Numbered from the stretch's first letter, positions 10,436 to 19,805 are shown. The stretch is 24,000 bases of DNA from Tissierella praeacuta (GCF_040396155.1 NZ_JBEBOY010000001.1:243208-267207), one strand, 5' to 3'. The notes: a model not told the origin generated them from the sequence alone. Program-made: numbers and translations.

Positions 10436-11017
10436 TTATTTTCTTGATATTACTTCATCTATTATACCATATTCCTTAGCTTCTTCAGCTTTCATATAAT
10501 AGTCTCTATCTGTATCCCTAGATACTTTTTCCAATGGCTGACCAGTTCTCTCAGCCAATATTTTATTTATTCTTTCTCTTATTTCAATTATCTTTTCAGC
10601 TTGGATTCTTATATCTTCTGCCTGACCTTTAGCACCACCTAAAGGTTGATGTATCATAATATCAGCATTTGGTAAAGCAAATCTCTTGCCTTTAGCACCT
10701 GCTGCCAATAAAAATGCTCCCATACTAGCAGCCATACCCATACATATAGTTGATACATCTGGTTTAATATATTGCATAGTATCAAATATAGCGAAACCTG
10801 CACTTACTGATCCACCAGGACTATTTATATAAAGCTGAATATCTTTATCTGGATCTTCTGCTTCAAGAAATAATAATTGAGCTACTATTAAATTTGCAGT
10901 TACATCATTAACTTCACTGCCTAAAAATATTATTCTTTCTTTTAATAACCTAGAGTAAATATCATAGGACCTTTCTCCCCTGTTGGTTTGCTCTATAACC
11001 ATAGGAACTAGAGTCAT
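10436..11017 (-). CDS. clpP: ATP-dependent Clp protease proteolytic subunit ClpP
   Basis: Catalytic Ser context [11 protein letters not shown] and His in IMIHQP. The start is set at ATG 11017 ([11 protein letters not shown]), downstream of a GGAGGGG SD. The track start at 11032 lies inside the SD. Confidence 0.96.
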   Translation of the reverse strand: MTLVPMVIEQTNRGERSYDIYSRLLKERIIFLGSEVNDVTANLIVAQLLFLEAEDPDKDIQLYINSPGGSVSAGFAIFDTMQYIKPDVSTICMGMAASMGAFLLAAGAKGKRFALPNADIMIHQPLGGAKGQAEDIRIQAEKIIEIRERINKILAERTGQPLEKVSRDTDRDYYMKAEEAKEYGIIDEVISRK

Positions 11018-11035
11018 TTTACACCCCTCCAATAA

Positions 11036-12325
11036 TTAATTGAATTTAGCATTCGCCATTAATAATTCAATAACTTTTTGATTTATAATAGCTATCTCTA
11101 AGAAAGATAAATCTCCTTTTTTCATATCCTTTATAAATTTTTCTTTGTCTTCTTGTTTATATGATTCTGCTATTTTTTCTAATTCTTTATCTATGTCTTC
11201 ATCTGTCACTTCAATATTTTCAGCTTTACCAATAGCTTCAAGAATTATATCACCTATAACTCTCTTTTCAGCCATAGGTCTTAATTGTTCTTTTAAAGAC
11301 TCTTCTGTTGAATTAGTTATTTGTAAATATTGTTCTAAGTTAAGACCTTGCATTCTCATTCTATAATCAAATTCTCCTAATTCACTTTCTAGTTGAGAAT
11401 CTATCATAGCCTCTGGTATGTCAACTTTACAGTTTTCTATTACTTTTTCAATTAAGTTATTTTCATTTTCTGCTTTTTCTTTATTTTTAAATTCTTCTTC
11501 TAGTTTTTCTCTGATGCTTTTTTTATATTCTTCTATAGTATCAAATTCAGATACATCTTTTGCAAATTCATCATCTATTACTGGTAGCTCTTTTTCTTTT
11601 ATTTCATGAATTTTTACTTTGAAAGTAGCTTCTTTTCCCTTTAGATCTTCTGCATGATATTCTTCTGGGAATGTTACAACCACATCTACCTCTTCATCTT
11701 TATTTTTACCCACTAATTGTTCTTCAAAACCTGGAATAAATCTCCCTGAGCCTATTTCTAATGTTTGACCTTCTGCTGTTCCACCATCAAACTGTGCACC
11801 ATCAACATATCCAGCATAATCAATTGTCAAAACATCACCAGTTTTAACTGCTCTATCTCCAGCATCAATTATTCTCGCATTCATTTCTTGAATTGATTTT
11901 AGTTCATCTTCTACATGCTCATCTGTAACATTATACTCTACTTTTTCAATTTCTATACCTTTGTAATCTCCAAGATCTACCTCTGGTTTTACTACTACTT
12001 CTATTTTAAATAAAACAGGTTTTCCCTTTCCAATTTCTTCAACGTCTACTGTTGGTTGATCAACTGGCTCAAGTTCTAATTCTTCAACTGCATTATCATA
12101 AGCAGTTGGTAAAAGTGAATTTATAGCTTCTTCATAGAAGATTCCTTCTCCATAATTCATTTCAATAATCTTTCTTGGAACCTTCCCTTTTCTAAATCCT
12201 GGAATATTAAATCTACCTCTATTTTTTAAATATGCTTTTTGTACTTCTTTTTCAAAATCAATCTCAGATATTTCAATTGTAAAATCTACTTTATTATTTT
12301 CTTTTTTTCCTAATACTACCTTCAT
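11036..12325 (-). CDS. tig: Trigger factor (ribosome-associated PPIase chaperone)
   Basis: 429 aa. Ribosome-binding signature GFRKGKVP and a central FKBP-type domain. Conserved tig-clpP-clpX-lon-engB order. Confidence 0.95.
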   Translation of the reverse strand: MKVVLGKKENNKVDFTIEISEIDFEKEVQKAYLKNRGRFNIPGFRKGKVPRKIIEMNYGEGIFYEEAINSLLPTAYDNAVEELELEPVDQPTVDVEEIGKGKPVLFKIEVVVKPEVDLGDYKGIEIEKVEYNVTDEHVEDELKSIQEMNARIIDAGDRAVKTGDVLTIDYAGYVDGAQFDGGTAEGQTLEIGSGRFIPGFEEQLVGKNKDEEVDVVVTFPEEYHAEDLKGKEATFKVKIHEIKEKELPVIDDEFAKDVSEFDTIEEYKKSIREKLEEEFKNKEKAENENNLIEKVIENCKVDIPEAMIDSQLESELGEFDYRMRMQGLNLEQYLQITNSTEESLKEQLRPMAEKRVIGDIILEAIGKAENIEVTDEDIDKELEKIAESYKQEDKEKFIKDMKKGDLSFLEIAIINQKVIELLMANAKFN

Positions 12326-12372
12326 CTACAACTTCCTCCTTAACCATATATTTATCCACTTTAAACTAACCT

Positions 12373-12400
12373 ATTATATCATAAAATTATAACATAACAA
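12373..12400 (-). promoter_or_regulatory. Candidate sigma-A promoter of the tig operon
   Basis: On the minus strand: TTGTTA (12400-12395), 16 nt, then TGaTATAAT (-10 at 12378-12373) with an extended -10 TG. About 45 nt upstream of the tig SD. Confidence 0.4.
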
Positions 12401-12437
12401 ATAGCAATATCCAACACAATATATTAAAAAACATAGT

Positions 12438-12468
12438 AAAAAAACCAATGGTACAAATCCACTGGTTT
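12438..12468 (-). terminator. Intrinsic terminator downstream of tRNA-Leu
   Basis: 10-bp stem with one mismatch: AAACCAATGG (12442-12451) pairs with CCACTGGTTT (12459-12468). On the minus strand it is followed by a run of Ts (A-run 12438-12444 on plus). Confidence 0.6.
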
Positions 12469-12473
12469 AAACA

Positions 12474-12557
12474 TGGTGCGGGAAAGAGGACTTGAACCCC
12501 CACGTCAATGACACTAGATCCTAAGTCTAGCGCGTCTGCCAGTTCCGCCACTCCCGC
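12474..12557 (-). tRNA. tRNA-Leu (anticodon UAG), class II with long variable arm, encoded CCA
   Basis: Reverse complement reads GCGGGAGTGGCGGAACTGGCAGACGCGCTAGACTTAGGATCTAGTGTCATTGACGTGGGGGTTCAAGTCCTCTTTCCCGCACCA. It has a 7-bp acceptor stem and an anticodon stem CTAGA/TCTAG with loop CTTAGGA (anticodon TAG). It also has a T-loop TTCAAGT and a terminal CCA. Confidence 0.88.
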
Positions 12558-12587
12558 ATGAATAAAGTAATTTTTACTTACCCTATT

Positions 12588-12615
12588 ATTATAACATGCA
12601 ATTTGTACTTGTCAA
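12588..12615 (-). promoter_or_regulatory. Near-consensus sigma-A promoter for tRNA-Leu
   Basis: On the minus strand: TTGACA (12615-12610), 16 nt, then TGtTATAAT (-10 at 12593-12588). About 30 nt upstream of the tRNA 5' end. Confidence 0.6.
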
Positions 12616-12646
12616 TATATTTCATATTGGAAATTTTTTATTCTTT

Positions 12647-13483
12647 TTAAAAAACTAAAATGATTCCTCCATCATTGGCATATGCAGTGCTTAGTCCTGC
12701 AGTTTTGACTAAAATAACATCTTTAAAATTATACATACTTTGGATTTCCTTTTTTAATTCTTCAACCTTTTCAAATGCATTAACATGAGAAATAGCCAGT
12801 ATCTTTTCCTCAAACTTCTCTCCAGTCTCTCCAATGATTTCTACTAACCTTTTAAAGGCTTTTTTTGTACCTCTTACATTTTCAACAAGCCTTATACTAC
12901 CTTCTCCATCATCTCCCATAATAGGCTTTAAATTTAACACATTAGCAATTATACCCTTTGTTTTTGATATTCTACCATTTTTTATTAGATTATCCAAACT
13001 CTCTAAAAGAAAGTATGTTTTCATTTCATTAATATACTTCTCTACTTTCTCAACAATCTCCAAATTACTAAATTTATTTTCTACTAATTCTTGTATTTTT
13101 AATGCTACTAAAGTTTCACCTATGCTAGCAGATTTTGAATCAAAAACATGAACAAATTTTTCAGGATATTCTTCATTAATCATTTTCTTTGCCAACACTG
13201 CTGAATTATATGTTCCACTTAACTTTTCTGATATCGTAACAGCAAAGATATTGTCAGCTTTTTTATATTCCATAACAAAATCTCCTGGTGAAGGACACGA
13301 AGTTCTAACTGGATTAGGACTATTTTTCATTGAATTTATCAATTCCATTGTATCCATTTCATTATTATCAATAAACTTTCTATAATCTACATCTATTTTA
13401 AAAGGAACGAGACTAATATTAAGCCTTTCTTTTAATTCTTCATTTAAATCACAGCTACTATCTGCCACGATTTTATAATCCAT
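12647..13483 (-). CDS. DegV-family fatty-acid-binding protein
   Basis: 278 aa. The N-terminus MDYKIVADSSCDL and overall length and pattern are typical of the DegV/EDD fold family. Confidence 0.88.
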   Translation of the reverse strand: MDYKIVADSSCDLNEELKERLNISLVPFKIDVDYRKFIDNNEMDTMELINSMKNSPNPVRTSCPSPGDFVMEYKKADNIFAVTISEKLSGTYNSAVLAKKMINEEYPEKFVHVFDSKSASIGETLVALKIQELVENKFSNLEIVEKVEKYINEMKTYFLLESLDNLIKNGRISKTKGIIANVLNLKPIMGDDGEGSIRLVENVRGTKKAFKRLVEIIGETGEKFEEKILAISHVNAFEKVEELKKEIQSMYNFKDVILVKTAGLSTAYANDGGIILVF

Positions 13484-13509
13484 CTCATCACCCCATAATA
13501 TATTTTAAC

Positions 13510-14862
13510 TTAGCAGTCGATTCCTATTCTCTCTTCTATAAATTTTGCTAATTCAGATGCAATTTTAAGTAATCCTATGTCTTCTTTTGCTTCAATCATA
13601 ACTCTAACTAGAGGTTCTGTACCAGAAGGTCTTATAACGACTCTGCCTTGTCCACGGAAAATATCTTCAACTCTTTTTATTTCCATTTTTATTTCTTCAT
13701 TTTCATTATATTTATGCTTTAATTCATTTTTAACCTTTGCATTAACAAGAACTTGTGGAAAATCAGTCATTAACTTATTAAGTTCAGACATAGTCTTTTT
13801 AGATGACTTCATTACCTCAAGTAAATGAAGCCCTGTAGCTAAGCCATCTCCTGTAGTATTATAATCTAAAAATATTATATGACCTGATTGCTCTCCTCCA
13901 AGGACATAATCTGATTTTACCATTTCTTCTAATATATATCTATCACCAACAGTAGTTTTTACTATATTTATTCCTTTTTCTTTTAAAAACATATCTAAAC
14001 CCATATTGGTCATAATTGTACCTACTACAGTATTGTTATTTAACTTTCCTTGTTTATGAAGGTAAGAACCGCAAATAGCCAATATATGGTCCCCATCTAT
14101 TATGTTTCCCAACTCGTCAACAGCTATTATCCTATCTCCATCCCCATCAAAGGATATACCAATACTTGCCTTTTCTTTCAAAACTAATTCTTGAATCATA
14201 CTCGGATTAGTTGAACCGCAATTATCATTTATATTCATTCCTGTTGGCTCTGTGTTTATAACTATCACTTCTCCTCCAAGTCTTCTTATAGTCTCTGGAG
14301 CAATTTTATATAAAGCTCCATGACCACAGTCCATTGCAATTTTTATTCCAGTTAAATCTATATTAGCAGTAGCAATTAAATAATTTATATAATCCTCACT
14401 ACCATTTTCTTCTATAATTACTTTACCTATTTTATTTCCTATAGGTCTAATAGCCAATTCTTTATTATTTAATATGATATCTTCTATTTTTTCTTCAACT
14501 TCATCAGGTAATTTAAATCCTTCGTTATTGAAAAATTTTATTCCATTATACTCTCCAGGATTATGAGATGCAGATATAACTACACCTGCTAATGCTTCAT
14601 ATTTACGAGTCAAATACGCAACTGCTGGAGTTGGTATAATACCTACTGATATTACATCTATTCCCATGGAACAAATGCCTGCTGTCATTGCAGCTTCTAG
14701 CATATCTCCAGAAGCCCTTGTATCCTTTCCCACTACTATTTTTCCATGATTTTCTTTTGCCAATATATATGCTCCTGCCCTTCCCACTTGAAAAGCTAGT
14801 TCTGGAGTTAAATCCTTATTTGCAATTCCTCTAATACCATCTGTACCGAATAATCTTCCCAC
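13510..14862 (-). CDS. glmM: Phosphoglucosamine mutase
   Basis: Active-site phosphoserine loop SASHNPGEYNGIKFF, Mg-binding FDGDGDR, and GRLFGTDGIRG at the N-terminus. The ORF is open to 14874, but that GTG abuts the AAAGGAG SD. GTG 14862 (VGRLFGTDG) is the more plausible start. Confidence 0.92.
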   Translation of the reverse strand: MGRLFGTDGIRGIANKDLTPELAFQVGRAGAYILAKENHGKIVVGKDTRASGDMLEAAMTAGICSMGIDVISVGIIPTPAVAYLTRKYEALAGVVISASHNPGEYNGIKFFNNEGFKLPDEVEEKIEDIILNNKELAIRPIGNKIGKVIIEENGSEDYINYLIATANIDLTGIKIAMDCGHGALYKIAPETIRRLGGEVIVINTEPTGMNINDNCGSTNPSMIQELVLKEKASIGISFDGDGDRIIAVDELGNIIDGDHILAICGSYLHKQGKLNNNTVVGTIMTNMGLDMFLKEKGINIVKTTVGDRYILEEMVKSDYVLGGEQSGHIIFLDYNTTGDGLATGLHLLEVMKSSKKTMSELNKLMTDFPQVLVNAKVKNELKHKYNENEEIKMEIKRVEDIFRGQGRVVIRPSGTEPLVRVMIEAKEDIGLLKIASELAKFIEERIGIDC

Positions 14863-15010
14863 TTTATCAAACACTCCTTTTATACAATTAGCGATTATGT
14901 TTCATAATTAGCAATTTAAGATATTAAACTTAATTTTCACTTCCTCACTTACTATTAAATACTAGAATATAAGTAGGTAATTTTTTGTCTCTCAAACTAA
15001 GGATATTTTA

Positions 15011-16360
15011 TTAACCAAAACTATCTATTTTAAATTGTTCTTTTACTATATCAATTAATTGTTCTCTTTCATTTAATTCTGGATTTTCCAATACCTTTTC
15101 AAATAAATAATTAAGAATTCCCCCTATTATTTTCCCTTCTTTATATCCTAATTTTATCACATCAGAACCATTAATGGCTAATTGATTTTTTTCATATACT
15201 TCTTTATTTCTTATAATATCCTTTATTTTTTTCTCCCTTTCCAACAAATCTTTTATATCAGCTTCTTTGTTTGAACAAGATCTGTCAGCTTTTTGTAGCT
15301 CTAATAAAGTAAATATATCATCTTCACCAAAATTAGATAATAATCTTTTTAATCCTTTTTCTTTTAGGTCTGAATGTTGTGTCATATGTTTATCTATTAA
15401 CATTACAACCTTATCAATTATATCATTAGATGCTTTCCATCTTTTAAGTATTTCCTTAGCCATTTTAGCACCTGATTTTTCATGCCCATAAAAATGTCCT
15501 ACTCCATTTTCATCTATTATTAGAGTAGAAGGCTTTCCTATATCGTGAAATAATGCTCCAAGTCTAAGGTGTAAAATAGGCGATGTTTTATCTAATACAC
15601 ACATTATATGTTCAAATACATCCTTATCATGATGTGGATTATGTTGATTAAAGCCTATTGTCTTCATTAATTCAGGCAAAATTATATTAAGTATTTTTAT
15701 ATCCTTCATCATTCTAATTCCATAGGAAGGTCTTTCTGATAATATTGTTTTAAAAAATTCTTCCCTAATTCTTTCTATGCTAATTTCTGATATATGTTCA
15801 CTATATAATTTGCAAGCATTGAAAGTTTCTTTATCAATAGAAAATTGTAATTGTGTTGCAAATCTTATGGCTCTCATTATTCTTAGATAATCTTCCTTAA
15901 ATCTGTCTTGTGGTTTGCCTACAGCCTTAATTATCTTTCTATCTAAATCTTTTATTCCATTAAAATGATCTACTATTCCTATATTTTTATTATATGCCAT
16001 AGCGTTTATTGTGAAATCTCTACGGGATAAATCATCAAAGATATTTTTTGAAAAATACACCTTTTCTGGTCTTCTTCCATCTATATATTCTCCATCTGTT
16101 CTAAATGTAGTTACCTCTACAATACCTTCATCTTGAACTATGACAATAGTGCCAAATTTCTTTCCTACTTCTAATGTTATAAAATCACTAAATATATTTT
16201 CTATTTCCTCCGGTAAGGCATCTGTAGTTATATCAAAATCAGATGGTTCTCTTCCAATTAATAAATCCCTAACTGATCCGCCTACTATATAGGCACTGAA
16301 ACCTTCTTCTTCAAGTCTATCTATAATCAGCTCTACATATCTTGGAATATTAAATACCAT
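15011..16360 (-). CDS. cca: CCA-adding tRNA nucleotidyltransferase with C-terminal HD domain
   Basis: 449 aa. PolB-type motifs GGSVRDLLIG and DFDITT, followed by an HD-domain signature (LFHDIGK). Confidence 0.9.
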   Translation of the reverse strand: MVFNIPRYVELIIDRLEEEGFSAYIVGGSVRDLLIGREPSDFDITTDALPEEIENIFSDFITLEVGKKFGTIVIVQDEGIVEVTTFRTDGEYIDGRRPEKVYFSKNIFDDLSRRDFTINAMAYNKNIGIVDHFNGIKDLDRKIIKAVGKPQDRFKEDYLRIMRAIRFATQLQFSIDKETFNACKLYSEHISEISIERIREEFFKTILSERPSYGIRMMKDIKILNIILPELMKTIGFNQHNPHHDKDVFEHIMCVLDKTSPILHLRLGALFHDIGKPSTLIIDENGVGHFYGHEKSGAKMAKEILKRWKASNDIIDKVVMLIDKHMTQHSDLKEKGLKRLLSNFGEDDIFTLLELQKADRSCSNKEADIKDLLEREKKIKDIIRNKEVYEKNQLAINGSDVIKLGYKEGKIIGGILNYLFEKVLENPELNEREQLIDIVKEQFKIDSFG

Positions 16361-16388
16361 ATCATCACTCCATATATTATCTTATTTT

Positions 16389-16416
16389 AGTATAACATAG
16401 TATCTGTGACAGACAA
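16389..16416 (-). promoter_or_regulatory. Candidate sigma-A promoter for cca
   Basis: On the minus strand: TTGTCT (16416-16411), 16 nt, then TGtTATACT (-10 at 16394-16389). About 30 nt upstream of the cca ATG. Confidence 0.35.
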
Positions 16417-16428
16417 GTTTTTTTATAC

Positions 16429-16467
16429 AAATAAAGGCTTTGGATAATTTTTTCAAAGCCTTTATTT
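16429..16467. terminator. Perfect 14-bp-stem hairpin with T-rich flanks on both strands (bidirectional terminator / left boundary of the accessory segment)
   Basis: AAATAAAGGCTTTG (16429-16442) pairs perfectly with CAAAGCCTTTATTT (16454-16467), with an 11-nt loop. Confidence 0.5.
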
Positions 16468-16692
16468 TTGGTTTATTTAAATTAAATTATATTCCATGCA
16501 TTGATATATCGACATAAAATCTAAAGAAGATGATTTATGCTAAATAAAAACCATCTGCTCGGTATAGATTAATTTTTAACTATCTTTGACAATAAGGTAT
16601 ATTTTTATAAATTTAGAAACCTTTATAAACTAAGAAATGAGAATCTTAATAATCTTATATCTTAGAATTTGTTAAAGTTATCTCAAAGCTAA

Positions 16693-16729
16693 AAGGAGTG
16701 AGTTCTATTCAATATAGAACTCACTCCTT
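16693..16729 (-). terminator. Intrinsic terminator of the three-gene exported-protein operon
   Basis: 14-bp perfect stem GGAGTGAGTTCTAT (16695-16708) pairs with ATAGAACTCACTCC (16714-16727). On the minus strand it is followed by TTTTAGCTTT. It lies 16 nt after the stop at 16745. Confidence 0.65.
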
Positions 16730-16744
16730 AGTCAATAGCTTAAT

Positions 16745-17101
16745 TTAATACGTCCAACTTTTCGGGGTCATATCAGTTTTTTGGCTTCTTTTTATCCATG
16801 TATTAAATGCAGTAGAAAAACAATTCATATCTCCACATATGACACTAAAATCAGTGGTATCTAAATATTTAACCGATAACGTAAAATTCCGACGTAACAA
16901 AATCATTGTAGCTAAATTTAATAAAAAAACTGTCGAAAACGAAAGACTATTATTAAAAAAATTTGTTTCTTCTCTTATAAACGCATATAAAAAAACAAGT
17001 GCAGAAATTATGGCTAGAATAATATCAACAGTATAATGGGGAATATATTTTTCTGAGTAATTTCTATACTCATTTATGAAAGTACTTAATTCTTTAATCA
17101 T
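16745..17101 (-). CDS. Hypothetical small membrane protein (two predicted TM helices, Cys-containing C-terminal tail)
   Basis: 118-aa ORF. Hydrophobic stretches VDIILAIISALVFLYAFI and FSTVFLLNLATMILL. It lies 23 nt downstream of the lipoprotein gene and is followed by a strong terminator. No recognisable family and a weak SD. Confidence 0.5.
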   Translation of the reverse strand: MIKELSTFINEYRNYSEKYIPHYTVDIILAIISALVFLYAFIREETNFFNNSLSFSTVFLLNLATMILLRRNFTLSVKYLDTTDFSVICGDMNCFSTAFNTWIKRSQKTDMTPKSWTY

Positions 17102-17124
17102 TGAATCTTGGGTTCCATTATAAA

Positions 17125-17964
17125 TTATCTCGAAATCTCCTTTTCAAAAATAATTGGCCCCATATCATTTGTTTCCTTATTAAATATAATCTTCATAGAC
17201 TTAACTTCTTCATCATTTATATATTTATTGGTATTTTCATTCTCCGTAATCATCTCGAATAATCCATTACTTATCTTTTCAATTTCTTGATTATGTATAT
17301 CATCAACTGTATATATATCGAATTCTATAATCAATATATTGCTATCAGTACCAAATCTTTTTAATTCATAGTTTTCCTTGTACTCTCTTATATAATCAAA
17401 TATCTCTTCTAATATTAATTTTTCTCCTTCAGATTCTTCATTTCTTAAAGTTATCATTGTTTGAGAATCCCTTGAATTGTTTATATTTGAACTATATTTT
17501 AATTTATTTTTCGTATCTGTATATGATATTTCCAATCTTCCAACTTTTGAATATTCAATGGAACTTTCCTTATGTAATATATCTAATAAATTCTCATTGG
17601 TATTTTTCGTCAGTTCATTAAAAGCCTTATCTTTTTCTATTATAGTCATATCTTTTTTCAAATCAGTAGAAAACTTATCTAAATCCACCTCTATATCCAG
17701 TAGTATTTTTATATTATTAAACTTTTTTACTTCGTTAGTATTATCTATGGCTAATTTATCCTCTACAAATTCTAGATTAGAAACAGTATAATAATCATAC
17801 TCATGTAAAAAATCATTAATTATACTTGAAAGACTTGTTTCTACATCATTATAACCAATGTTTCTTACTCTATTGATATCTTCCTTAGATATATTACTAG
17901 GACCACATGACGTTACTAATACAAGTAAAATTATTCCCATGATATAATAATTTATTTTTTTCAT
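17125..17964 (-). CDS. Hypothetical lipoprotein (279 aa), function unknown
   Basis: AAAGGAGG SD upstream of ATG 17964. N-terminus MKKINYYIMGIILLVLVTSCGPSN carries a lipobox (VTS-C). The mature part is Asn/Glu/Lys-rich with no recognisable domain. The track start at 18006 lies inside an upstream hairpin and is rejected. Confidence 0.75.
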   Translation of the reverse strand: MKKINYYIMGIILLVLVTSCGPSNISKEDINRVRNIGYNDVETSLSSIINDFLHEYDYYTVSNLEFVEDKLAIDNTNEVKKFNNIKILLDIEVDLDKFSTDLKKDMTIIEKDKAFNELTKNTNENLLDILHKESSIEYSKVGRLEISYTDTKNKLKYSSNINNSRDSQTMITLRNEESEGEKLILEEIFDYIREYKENYELKRFGTDSNILIIEFDIYTVDDIHNQEIEKISNGLFEMITENENTNKYINDEEVKSMKIIFNKETNDMGPIIFEKEISR

Positions 17965-17991
17965 AGTTAAGCTTAACCTCCTTTTAGGAAT

Positions 17992-18025
17992 ATGAGTAAG
18001 AGGCAATTAATTACCTCTTACTCAT
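17992..18025 (-). other. Perfect 12-bp hairpin between the secreted-protein gene and the lipoprotein gene, with no U-tract
   Basis: ATGAGTAAGAGG (17992-18003) pairs with CCTCTTACTCAT (18014-18025), with a 10-nt loop. On the minus strand it ends about 7 nt before the lipoprotein SD and is followed by ATTCCTAAAAGGAGG rather than a T-run. It may be a processing, stability or translational-control element. Confidence 0.4.
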
Positions 18026-18082
18026 AACACCTATATTAATATTGTATATAGAATAATCAAAGTCAATAAGTACTCAATAACC

Positions 18083-18589
18083 TTAATCAATAACACGAAG
18101 GGAAACTTTTCCATTTCCATGTAAGTTATACATATGTGTTATATAATGATCCCCTGACCATTCTACGAAGTCCACCTGATAAATTAGTCTTACATTGTCA
18201 TCAGCCATCCAAGCTGAATCAGAATGTGGATGTGCTGTAATTGATTTTCTTGCTTTACCATGCTTGAAAGTTACTGTTCCATAGTCAAGAACTTCAAGTC
18301 TTTCATTTACTAACCATTTAGCCTCTGTAGTCATCCACCCTATATAATCGTATAATCCATTATATAGAGTACTATGCTCCTCTCCTGTATATAACCATTC
18401 TCTTGTTGATCTACTTTCTTTTTCTTTTTTTATACCTTCATACTCCCTAGGTTCAACATTTTCTTCTATCCAGTCTGCGTATTCATTTAAACTCATATTC
18501 TTAGGATTTATTCGCTGCGTTTCTGCAAATACTGCACCAGATGTAACTAATATTGCAATAATTAATAGTGTACATATTCTTTTTCTCAT
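18083..18589 (-). CDS. Hypothetical secreted protein (168 aa), function unknown
   Basis: Signal peptide MRKRICTLLIIAILVTSGAVFA|ETQ. AGAGG SD. A candidate promoter (TTGAAA at 18639-18634, TATATAAT around 18617-18610) lies upstream. The mature domain is Trp/His/Tyr-rich and I recognise no family. Confidence 0.75.
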   Translation of the reverse strand: MRKRICTLLIIAILVTSGAVFAETQRINPKNMSLNEYADWIEENVEPREYEGIKKEKESRSTREWLYTGEEHSTLYNGLYDYIGWMTTEAKWLVNERLEVLDYGTVTFKHGKARKSITAHPHSDSAWMADDNVRLIYQVDFVEWSGDHYITHMYNLHGNGKVSLRVID

Positions 18590-19235
18590 TATAAAACCTC
18601 TATAATTTAATTATATACTTATATTCTCGTATTTTTCAACTTATTTGTGGTTAAAATCCTTATATTAGGTCCCCTTTTAATATGATAAAAAGTGTAATGC
18701 AGCTCTTTCAAAATCTTTATAACTTTTAATGTGTTAGCTTAATCTAGAAATCTTAATAATTCTATTTGACAAATAAAATTTTCATATTGACTCTAAGCCT
18801 AAAAATGTGTTTTTTCTCATCTTTATACTGAATAAAAACACCCCTATATTCTTTAGTAAATTAATTACTTGTAGTAGAAGAATAGAGATTTCTAGTATTA
18901 GTATTAAGTCTTATGCTTTGTACGGTTTTATTGATAATATGTCTAGAAAGAAATACTCTTGATAGGAAAACGCCAACATGATAAATTACTAATATTTCAT
19001 CTCACCAATTACTAAATTCCTAATTTCAACACTAGCTCCACTATATGCTTTTACCTCTGCCTAAACCCTGTAAGTGTATCCCTTAGATACCGTAATTATT
19101 TCATACAATAATGTGCTATGGGAATTGACACTTTCTATGAATGAACTTCACCAATTAATGTCATTTGTGAGTTAGCATACTCATTAGTATCACCTCCTAT
19201 TTATATATGGCTTTGCTTATAATTAAATAATATAT

Positions 19236-19805
19236 TTAATCTTTGTTAATGATTTTCCCTAGAATCAACATCAAACTTACTATAAAAATTGATACAGCTA
19301 TAATTAATGCTATTTCTTTAAAATTCAATACTAATAAGGCTATAGTAATTATTATCTCTATAATAAGAATGATACTTGTCCTTTTTTTATATATAGCCCT
19401 TTCCTCTTTATCTAAAGGCTTATTGCGATCTTCTACAGGTGCTAAAAACCAGATTATAATTCCACCTACTTCTGTTAAGCCTAAGATTACCACATCTGTC
19501 TCTGGAATAATTTTTATCCCTAATAATACTACTAGAATTAGAACTATAGAAAACAAATAACATCTAACTTCACTTTTAGCATGGTATCCTCCTCCATAGG
19601 TTCTAAGTGGAGTATATACTATCATAAATAAAATGCTTTCCCATACTGCTCTAAACATAAATCCTATTAGGATTGTTGTTGTGATGTTTAGTAATATTAG
19701 AAGTCCTTGATGTAATCCATAGGCATAAATCTGTCTATCCTCATCTTTTATTAGCTCATTAACAATAAAGTAGTTTGTTATCTTCTCAATCATATTATTA
19801 GCCAT
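19236..19805 (-). CDS. agrB: AgrB-type membrane endopeptidase (AgrD-processing enzyme)
   Basis: 189 aa, polytopic. It carries the AgrB catalytic signature LRTYGGGYHAKSEVRCY (R-x3-GG-x-HA ... C; compare S. aureus RRHAHGAHAPSSFWCY). Its start codon overlaps the stop of the upstream AgrD ORF (TAATG). Confidence 0.9.
   Translation of the reverse strand: MANNMIEKITNYFIVNELIKDEDRQIYAYGLHQGLLILLNITTTILIGFMFRAVWESILFMIVYTPLRTYGGGYHAKSEVRCYLFSIVLILVVLLGIKIIPETDVVILGLTEVGGIIIWFLAPVEDRNKPLDKEERAIYKKRTSIILIIEIIITIALLVLNFKEIALIIAVSIFIVSLMLILGKIINKD

Noticed and set aside
16586-16735. Consensus TTGACA (16586-16591) on the plus strand that might drive a small RNA ending at the 16693-16729 hairpin
   Set aside because: The -10 is ambiguous. 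On the plus strand the hairpin is not followed by a U-tract. The only ORFs are 5-12 codons without an SD. This is insufficient evidence.
18993-19030. Two TTTCA-containing motifs (TATTTCATC, AATTTCAAC) resembling the LytTR half-site in the gap after agrB
   Set aside because: They are only partial matches, sit in the opposite orientation to the agrD boxes, and are spaced 29 bp apart rather than 21-22 bp. They are not supported as an operator.
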